In this document: in pieces, positions 57,709-64,000 of the stretch | How the letters are laid out: each line of letters begins with the position of its first letter | Position numbering within the stretch: position 1 is the first letter of the stretch | Origin: a virus | IMG/VR virus record: IMGVR_UViG_3300035670_000111 | Coordinates: 24,240 to 88,239 of that record | DNA: 64,000 nt | Direction: 5' to 3' (one strand) | Notes under the pieces: generated by a model | Told to the model about the DNA's origin: nothing | The model's input: the letters and a program-made list of their open reading frames with translations, nothing else | Databases searched by the model: none | Program-made: the position numbers and the translations under genes

Positions 57709-57991
57709 GTTTCTTAGCCACCTTCTTTGTTAGAGTCGCCTTCTTCTTTGTAGGCTTCTTTTTAGCAGACTTCTTTGCAGCCTTTTTCTTTGCAGGAGCT
57801 TTCTTAGCTGTCTTTTTCTTAGCTGCGGCTTTCTTTTTGGCTTTTGACTTAAATTCAATTTCATCAAGTGTTTTAAGAGCGTCTGAGATGAAGAACTCCA
57901 TCATTTCGTCTTCTTGACGCTTCTTATCATTTATGATGGCCCAAGTACCAATACCTACAGCCATAGCTCCTAAAATTATCCATAGTTCCAT
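57701..57991 (-). CDS. TM-anchored protein with histone-H1-like Lys/Ala tail
   Basis: MELWIILGAMAVGIGTWAII followed by AKKKAAAKKK repeats. Confidence 0.75.
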   Translation of the reverse strand: MELWIILGAMAVGIGTWAIINDKKRQEDEMMEFFISDALKTLDEIEFKSKAKKKAAAKKKTAKKAPAKKKAAKKSAKKKPTKKKATLTKKVAKKRG

Positions 57992-57992
57992 G

Positions 57993-58292
57993 TTACTTAC
58001 CGTCTTTCTTTCCTGCTCGCCGTTTATTTTCTTTGCCCACATTTTTACTGTGGGATATTGCTCTAAGGTTACCCTTAGAGTCATTGTTCTTGTTGTTATC
58101 TTTGTGATCTACGTCTGTATCTTTAGATAACTTCCCATTTTTCTTCTCGTACTTATGACGAGCAGCGTTTTTAGATGTAGTTCTCCATTTACCAGACGAG
58201 TCCTTGTAGTGTATGACGACGATCTTACGGCCGCCGTTCTGCTTAGAGCCTTTATACTCCTTGCCTTCACCTACTACTTTTTGTTTAGCCAT
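57993..58292 (-). CDS. HNH-motif small basic protein
   Basis: DVDHKDNNKNNDSKGNLRAISHSKN. Confidence 0.75.
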   Translation of the reverse strand: MAKQKVVGEGKEYKGSKQNGGRKIVVIHYKDSSGKWRTTSKNAARHKYEKKNGKLSKDTDVDHKDNNKNNDSKGNLRAISHSKNVGKENKRRAGKKDGK

Positions 58293-58473
58293 TTTTTCTG
58301 TGCCACACTTTCGTAGCTCTTACACCCTGAGCAACAGTTTTAGCACCAGCTTTTTTAGTTAGGTTAATCTTGTCGTACTTGCCTTTCTTACCGGCATGGT
58401 CGACAATAACGTCACCTTTCTTGTTTTTCTTGACTGTATGCTTTTCTCCGTCAGCTTTAAATGTCTTAGCCAT
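58285..58473 (-). CDS. Small basic protein
   Basis: 62 aa, coupled. Confidence 0.75.
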   Translation of the reverse strand: MAKTFKADGEKHTVKKNKKGDVIVDHAGKKGKYDKINLTKKAGAKTVAQGVRATKVWHRKNG

Positions 58474-58603
58474 TCTTTTTCACCCTTGGATACGGTTCTA
58501 GCTTAGCTTTTATAGTTCCATCTTTGCGAAGACGTACGATCCAACCGTCTTTTATCTGTGTTTTGTTAAAACCATGGTGTGGTTTAAACTTTCCGCTACT
58601 CAA
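58466..58603 (-). CDS. Small basic protein
   Basis: TTG 58603 overlaps upstream TGA. Confidence 0.65.
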   Translation of the reverse strand: MSSGKFKPHHGFNKTQIKDGWIVRLRKDGTIKAKLEPYPRVKKNG

Positions 58604-58758
58604 ATGGACCACCATCCTTCGTATTTTGCGTTCGGGTTGGCTTTTTTCCACTCCCTAGCAAGCTGATTTTGAAGAGCCCAGTCTACCTCATGGGTATCTT
58701 TGCCACATTTGGGGCATATTTTTGTCCCAAAATTTTTATAAACGTGCTCGCAGTACAT
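58600..58758 (-). CDS. Small zinc-finger-like protein (52 aa)
   Basis: Manual: MYCEHVYKNFGTKICPKCGKDTHEVDW...EGWWSI*; TAATG-coupled. Confidence 0.7.
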   Translation of the reverse strand: MYCEHVYKNFGTKICPKCGKDTHEVDWALQNQLAREWKKANPNAKYEGWWSI

Positions 58759-59009
58759 TAGCAGCCACACTTTGTCTTAAATTGACCACAAGGACGGCAA
58801 GTAAGACGGTCTTTTGACTCTAAAATGCCTTTATCTTCGATGGTGTTCTCGAATTCGTGCACTTTTTTGTAACTTCCAAAGCCTCGCCTGCCCATTCCAT
58901 GATAAGAATTAGCAGCTACAACTTCTGGATCGTTCCACGGACGCGCTGATTTAGCAGTTCTGTCGTGGATCGCTCCAGAAGTAGTGGCTTTGTTACGTCT
59001 TTTTGCCAT
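58758..59009 (-). CDS. Small basic protein with C-terminal CxxC...CxC
   Basis: TCRPCGQFKTKCGC. Confidence 0.75.
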   Translation of the reverse strand: MAKRRNKATTSGAIHDRTAKSARPWNDPEVVAANSYHGMGRRGFGSYKKVHEFENTIEDKGILESKDRLTCRPCGQFKTKCGC

Positions 59010-59018
59010 AAACGTGTC

Positions 59019-60686
59019 TTAATCTAAGCTAAGACGCTTCTTAGGCTTCTTAACTTCAACAAACTTAGGACGCTTACGAGGTACACGCTCAGAAGTTGTC
59101 CCTCCACCTTCAACAGGCTTGGTGCTGATGTACGCACCGCCAGTGCCTAGAGGTGGACGCTCTGTCTTAGGAGCAGCTTCTCCGCCACTCATAGCAGCAG
59201 TAAGAGCAGATGTAGCTCTATCCTGACGACGTTGACGATTGGCCTCACGAGTATCTTGCGCCTCCATAGCTTTACGTTCTTTGTGCGCGTGAATCTGAGC
59301 GTTTAAATACTCAGTATGGGTCAAAGAACCCTTAGGAGCTCTAAACTTTTTATATACTTTTATATTTCTGCCCTGTTCATCACGGGTCTTTGTTTGATGC
59401 CAACCCTCATAGCTACGAGACTCTTTGTACTCTCCACTAGAAGGGTCGATACTCCAACGGGTTATCTTTCCGGCAGAACGAGTCATTTTGCTACCTGGAG
59501 GGCCAACTTTTGTTTTTTTAGTACTAGCCGAGTGTGCTTCAGTAACATGCCTATGGAAAGATGGCATATCTGAACCGCTATGTTTTACATAATCCATAAT
59601 CTCTGTAGCGCTGTGATCCGGGAAATGTACACGAGCAAGTTCTTGAGCCATAGCTTCATGTGAGTAGGTATATTCGCTCATGCTTGGTACTGATACAGTA
59701 GCTTTAGGATTTTTTGCTTGAGCAGTTTCTCTATCAAGAGTTTGAGCAGCAAGAGCTGACTCACCAATCTTTGATGGAAGTTTTATTTTTCCTGATGCAA
59801 TGCGTTTAGCAAGCTTTGCCGCAGCACGTTTGCGCTTGCGCTCGCCACTTGTAGAGCGACCAGCAATATCCATAGGACGGTACTCAGTAGTCTTTAATCC
59901 GCCAGGAAGTCTGCGCTTTGCTTTGCGTCTAGTTTCTTTAATGCTTCCTGCACTACGCATTTCGCGTGTTTCTGAATTAGTTGCTTCAATTTTTGGTGCG
60001 GAGGTAAGTACTTCTCTGGTCATAGGTACACCAGCAGCAGTAGTTACTGGAACATCTTTTTTCTTCTTTTTTACTGTAATTGGTTCTTTTTTTACACCTA
60101 CTTTAGACCCAGCATAACCTCCGGAGAGTGCATCTGGAGCGCCGGCACCTTTACCAACGACCATAGCTCCGCCGAATTCAGCGCCACGATCTGGTTTTGC
60201 AGGTGGAGTTCCTGGGGCAGTTCCGCGTCCTGGAACAATGGCTGGGCCAGCTGCCTTATCTGCAGCAACGGCACGCATTGGTTTTCTCTTTGGACGTGGG
60301 CTAGAAGGCATTGGTGTTTCAGAGATTGAAGCTTCAAGCTCTGCTTTTCTGCTTGCAAACTTATCTTTCTTATATGCAGGTAGATCAGATAGGTTTTGTG
60401 CACCTAATTCTCTGTCTGCAGCTTTTCGTTCTCTTACTTCAGCAGCTTCTTTTAGGCGAACACCTTCGTTTTCTGCCCTAACTTCGTCAGCACTCTTATA
60501 ACTACGGAAGTCGCTTTGTTTTCCTTCACGAGGATCAACAATACCTCTACGACTTGCTGGTTTATCAGCACTTGTTTTTTCTTTCTTTATGCCGCCAGTT
60601 TTTCCGCGAAGCTTGCTCTTAACAGGAGCTTTCTCGTCAGGAACATAGGTGTAGGTAGCCTTAGGGCTTGGTTTGCGCTTAGCCAT
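59019..60686 (-). CDS. Large basic, likely disordered protein
   Basis: 555 aa, Lys/Arg/Ala/Pro-rich. Confidence 0.8.
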   Translation of the reverse strand: MAKRKPSPKATYTYVPDEKAPVKSKLRGKTGGIKKEKTSADKPASRRGIVDPREGKQSDFRSYKSADEVRAENEGVRLKEAAEVRERKAADRELGAQNLSDLPAYKKDKFASRKAELEASISETPMPSSPRPKRKPMRAVAADKAAGPAIVPGRGTAPGTPPAKPDRGAEFGGAMVVGKGAGAPDALSGGYAGSKVGVKKEPITVKKKKKDVPVTTAAGVPMTREVLTSAPKIEATNSETREMRSAGSIKETRRKAKRRLPGGLKTTEYRPMDIAGRSTSGERKRKRAAAKLAKRIASGKIKLPSKIGESALAAQTLDRETAQAKNPKATVSVPSMSEYTYSHEAMAQELARVHFPDHSATEIMDYVKHSGSDMPSFHRHVTEAHSASTKKTKVGPPGSKMTRSAGKITRWSIDPSSGEYKESRSYEGWHQTKTRDEQGRNIKVYKKFRAPKGSLTHTEYLNAQIHAHKERKAMEAQDTREANRQRRQDRATSALTAAMSGGEAAPKTERPPLGTGGAYISTKPVEGGGTTSERVPRKRPKFVEVKKPKKRLSLD

Positions 60687-61381
60687 TACATGCCGCCCTT
60701 CTTGTTACCATTAGAACTAGAAATATTTCCATTTGCCTTTGGTTTAGGAAGTGAAGGTTTCTTTGACTTTGTTGTCTTTTTAGTTTTAGGAGTAGTATCC
60801 ATTTTTCCAGCACTATCTTCACGTTTTGCAACCATAGAATCATAAGCCTTATTAAGGCCAAGACCTTCGGCTTCCTTAATCTTTCCGCTAGTAACAGCCT
60901 CAGAAACTTCTTTTTTGGTTACATATGGTTTTCTACCGCTAGGGGTTTTTCCCGACTTCTTACCGGTATCTTTCATATCTGATGTAGAAGTATCTGGAGT
61001 AGATTCTGGGGTGTTAGTGGTAGTACCTTTTGTTTCAGGTTTAGCTCCGCTCTTGCCCTTAGTTCCTTTTTTATCTGAACCAGGCTTAGGAGTTGGAGGC
61101 GTATATGTTGGTTGAAACTCCATACCTTGACGCCCAAACCTCTTTACATTTTGGTCTTTAAGAGTAGGGATTAATTTCATCATCTCATCACGACCAATGC
61201 GATCAGCTGCAAGATTCATACTTGCTTCATTTGCGCGATCGTATTGCTTTAAAAGCATATTTCTTTTTCCGCTAATCGAATCGATTGCGAATTTACCGAG
61301 GCCAGCTAGAAGATTACCTGTTCTGCTGCCACCTGTAGCATCTGGGCCGAATCCACCTGAACGGAAGGGCTGTTTTGCCAT
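60686..61381 (-). CDS. Basic Lys/Thr/Gly-rich protein
   Basis: 231 aa, RBS GAAGGA. Confidence 0.8.
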   Translation of the reverse strand: MAKQPFRSGGFGPDATGGSRTGNLLAGLGKFAIDSISGKRNMLLKQYDRANEASMNLAADRIGRDEMMKLIPTLKDQNVKRFGRQGMEFQPTYTPPTPKPGSDKKGTKGKSGAKPETKGTTTNTPESTPDTSTSDMKDTGKKSGKTPSGRKPYVTKKEVSEAVTSGKIKEAEGLGLNKAYDSMVAKREDSAGKMDTTPKTKKTTKSKKPSLPKPKANGNISSSNGNKKGGM

Positions 61382-61393
61382 TTATTCCTTCTT

Positions 61394-61576
61394 TCAAAAT
61401 AACGGGGTAGCTTTTGCTCCCTTTTGTTTTAACGCCGTAGCATGTTTATTGTAATGGTGCATACAGAAGAATAAAGTCCCAAACGGCATAGAACAGCGAA
61501 TCAGCGCCTTAGCGCTGCAGGAATCGCAGGTTTCAGGAAGCCGAGCCTCCGCCGTCTCCTCCTGCAGAAGATCCAT
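61394..61576 (-). CDS. Small CxxC...CxHH zinc-binding protein
   Basis: ETCDSCSAKA...LFFCMHHYNKH; start uncertain (track start 61678). Confidence 0.7.
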   Translation of the reverse strand: MDLLQEETAEARLPETCDSCSAKALIRCSMPFGTLFFCMHHYNKHATALKQKGAKATPLF

Positions 61577-61775
61577 CTGTGCCTGTGCCACTAGTGGAAT
61601 CCTTTCCAAAATCGTTTTGAGCGGTTTCATTTGCTCCTCCGGGACCACCGTAGGGAGCCATAAAATTAGTTCCACCATACCAAAGATAGTAATATGGCAA
61701 AGCAGGAAGGGAAACGCCCGCAGTTACATATTTTCTTTTCTTGGGCGATTTAAATTGATGGTTCTTTTTATGCAC
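61533..61775 (-). CDS. Hypothetical protein
   Basis: Follows TATACT -10 box; Gly-rich tail overlaps next gene. Confidence 0.5.
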   Translation of the reverse strand: MHKKNHQFKSPKKRKYVTAGVSLPALPYYYLWYGGTNFMAPYGGPGGANETAQNDFGKDSTSGTGTDGSSAGGDGGGSAS

Positions 61776-61790
61776 AGATGGAGTATAGAG

Positions 61791-62357
61791 CTATCGTCTT
61801 TGTATGAAAGTGCGAACAGTCCCACCTGAATATACATCGTGCTTCTTAGCAATCTCGATAGACTTCCTAACCACTTTTTCGGCGGACTTAGGGTCAGTAC
61901 ATTTGTTGTAGTTTAAAGCCTCAAGTGCACCTAGAGCGTAATCTCCTCCAGAGCCGGCTACATAAAAGCCTCTAGCATCTCTATCCCAGGAGTAGTCTTC
62001 AAAGACGATGTACATAACACCGTGTACAGCAATGATGAATTCTGAGTCGTGAGAGGCGAACTCGCCTTCTTCTTTCATGTCATAGCCTGCATCCATGAAT
62101 GTAAGACGCATTTGCGGGATGAATTGAACGCTCATCCATTCATCTAAGTTTTGATTAACGCGGGGTTTTGCTGGCTTCCAACCATAATGCATTAAGTTAG
62201 ATCCGCGTCCTGCACCAGCACCAGCAATAAGAATGCCGTTGTTCTCAACAATTTTTGGGGTAGCGGTATCTAATAGTCGTCCGCTATCAAGTGATGCTCT
62301 GGATTCAGATCCGAGAACACACCATCCGTCGCCTTGCACACCTACTAACGTCGTCAT
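61791..62357 (-). CDS. HslV/proteasome-beta-like Ntn threonine protease
   Basis: N-terminal (M)TT nucleophile, KI, AGAG, AGSGGDYALGAL, DVYSGG. Confidence 0.85.
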   Translation of the reverse strand: MTTLVGVQGDGWCVLGSESRASLDSGRLLDTATPKIVENNGILIAGAGAGRGSNLMHYGWKPAKPRVNQNLDEWMSVQFIPQMRLTFMDAGYDMKEEGEFASHDSEFIIAVHGVMYIVFEDYSWDRDARGFYVAGSGGDYALGALEALNYNKCTDPKSAEKVVRKSIEIAKKHDVYSGGTVRTFIQRR

Positions 62358-62518
62358 CTACAGCCCTTTCGTCTTTGGCTATTATAGATGCCCGTCGCGT
62401 ATGTTGACCCAAGAGACGAAAGCAGAAAGGACTTAATCACCATACCACGGGCTGTCGGCCCAACCGATAACCGACCTTAGCAGAAGTATATACCAAAACG
62501 GCGGGGAAAGGGGTGTAG

Positions 62519-62968
62519 CTACGCTATTTCGATAACCTTAGGCTTATGTTCCTCAGGGATGCGGCGCTCCAGGTCAATGAAGAGGATGCCGTCGACGAAG
62601 GAGGCTTTAGCGACCTCCACATAGTCAGCCAGGACGAATTCGCTCTTGAAGTCTCTCATGCCGATCCCGCGATGGACGAACTCGTCATCACGCTTCTCAG
62701 CCTTAGATCCCTCAATGGTTAGGACGTTATCCTTTAGCTGGATAGCGATCTCCTTCTTAGTGAAGCCGGCCACAGCCATCTCCACCGTATAGGTGTCCTC
62801 ACCGTGCTTAACGATGTTGTATGGAGGATATGAAGACCCCCGACCCATAGATTCGCTCATACGAGCTAGGGTGTCGATTTGTCTCTCAAAGCCGACCATC
62901 CATGGCCAAGCAGTGAATGGTACGCAAGAATTTGCAGATTTGAATGAAGTGTTGAATGTAGGTATCAC
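62519..62968 (-). CDS. hsp20: Small heat shock protein (Hsp20/IbpA-like)
   Basis: SYPPYNI...EMAVAGF...HRGI..R.F...DGIL.I...IPEE.KP..IEI. Confidence 0.95.
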   Translation of the reverse strand: MIPTFNTSFKSANSCVPFTAWPWMVGFERQIDTLARMSESMGRGSSYPPYNIVKHGEDTYTVEMAVAGFTKKEIAIQLKDNVLTIEGSKAEKRDDEFVHRGIGMRDFKSEFVLADYVEVAKASFVDGILFIDLERRIPEEHKPKVIEIA

Positions 62969-62970
62969 TT

Positions 62971-62990
62971 TAACTCCTTAAAGCAAGTTA
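62971..62990 (-). promoter_or_regulatory. ROSE-like RNA thermometer hairpin over hsp20 RBS
   Basis: UAACUUGCU-UUA-AGGAGUUA: U(U/C)GCU motif pairs with SD leaving a bulged G. Confidence 0.65.
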
Positions 62991-63442
62991 GTTTAGGCAT
63001 CCCCAAACGGCAGATGCGTACCCAGTATAAGGCCACTGCCCCCCGTTTTATTCCCCTGAAAATTTTTGAATTGTGTCTCAGATCACGAAATTTTACCTTT
63101 TGGGACCCCATAACCCCCCAATTTAAATTTTAGGGCCACTGCCTACTATTTAAATAGCTGCTAGTGGATCTCTCCTGGCTAGAAAATCGGACATTTCGGA
63201 CTAAAGGTGCGGGGGGGACAAAACGGACATTTCAGACATTGACAGGTCGCTAGTAAAATAAGCGCGTCATTATGGCTCGGCTAGTAAGGTAGAGCCCGAC
63301 ACTAGGGCGGTAGCATGTCTATGCTACCGCATTTCTTGTTGCTTCCAATGTGATGGGTCGGTAGGGGGTGCGACTCCCCCTGCCGACACGCATTGGCAAA
63401 TCGCCATGCCCGCAGTAATGCGGTATCACTAAGGAGATACCT

Positions 63443-63970
63443 ATGTCATTCATTGACCTAGTTATTGAGAAAGCCAGCGAGCGGGGCACTAAGGGCACGG
63501 AGCGTGTCCTATTGTCCCTAACTGAACTCGCTGGGCAGGAGGGTCATAAGTGCCCTAACCCTGCCGACATCGTTGCTCTGCTACCACGCACGAGCAAGGA
63601 CGAGCCAGAGGTTGAGCCTCTGGTGTTTGCCTACGCCCTCTACCTCATGGTGGAGTATGCGTTTGAGGTGGGAGAAGCCCGCCGATACGCCAACAACTTC
63701 CGTCAGGAGTTGGACAACCTCATGGTTGAGGGTAATGTATTGGTCACCAAGACCAACATCACTAAGGCAGACATTGAGCGTAAGACCTCGCTCAAAGATA
63801 CAGCCATCGAGCGTAAGATCGAGGCGCTAACCAATAGCGTCAAGTCTTTCCGTAAGATGGTCGCTGATGGTCGCACTCTATCCGATGAGGACGAGTTGGC
63901 TATCGCAAACTTGGTGTCTGACCTACAGACACTAGTCACCCATACATCACGGGTGGAAGCACTAGTCTAA
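63443..63970 (+). CDS. Hypothetical protein (first gene of opposite-strand, higher-GC block)
   Basis: 175 aa, RBS TAAGGAG. Confidence 0.85.
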   Translation: MSFIDLVIEKASERGTKGTERVLLSLTELAGQEGHKCPNPADIVALLPRTSKDEPEVEPLVFAYALYLMVEYAFEVGEARRYANNFRQELDNLMVEGNVLVTKTNITKADIERKTSLKDTAIERKIEALTNSVKSFRKMVADGRTLSDEDELAIANLVSDLQTLVTHTSRVEALV

Positions 63971-64000
63971 TAGTTCTAGGCCACTACATCGTTAGCCGTG

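Noticed and set aside
63357-63387. tRNA gene
   Set aside because: Only a T-loop-like hairpin; no D arm, anticodon arm or cloverleaf.
1-64000. Alternative genetic code, introns/inteins, integrase or IS
   Set aside because: Genes tile tightly under the standard code; DnaB and TerL are normal length; no recombinase or transposase motifs seen.

Overview
A 64 kb segment of a tailed dsDNA bacteriophage with a contractile tail (myovirus morphology). The host is very likely a low-GC actinobacterium (WhiB gene, Rpf-like transglycosylase, PASTA domain, moderate GC; freshwater acI-like host is inference). Almost all genes are on the minus strand. Read from the right end they are: Hsp20 and an HslV/proteasome-beta-like protease; a cluster of small basic proteins; a PASTA protein; a large Pro/Glu-rich exported protein; a lysis-type cassette (2-TM proteins, lipoprotein, CHAP amidase); terminase, portal, scaffold and major capsid; neck; a ~19 kb fibre/accessory block; sheath, tube, chaperone, tape measure and baseplate; and a replication block (initiator, DnaC-like loader, DnaB, WhiB, primase). 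No tRNA, CRISPR array, integrase or IS was found. Top findings: (1) a Cys-rich virion protein whose 7 N-terminal and 7 C-terminal repeats have exactly mirrored spacings, implying a nested hairpin stalk; (2) a coupled cassette of twin beta-propellers with an identical but recoded 26-aa leader, a coiled-coil protein, a U32 Fe-S/methyltransferase fusion and a DUF401-like transporter; (3) a probable +1 frameshift at UUU-CGA in the tail chaperone; (4) a GT2-TPR enzyme beside GPT-collagen fibres; (5) an antisense overlapping TM/coiled-coil gene; (6) a fixed-spacing late promoter motif; (7) a His-rich hairpin inserted in the spike OB-fold. All family assignments come from motif recognition by eye; no database searches were run.
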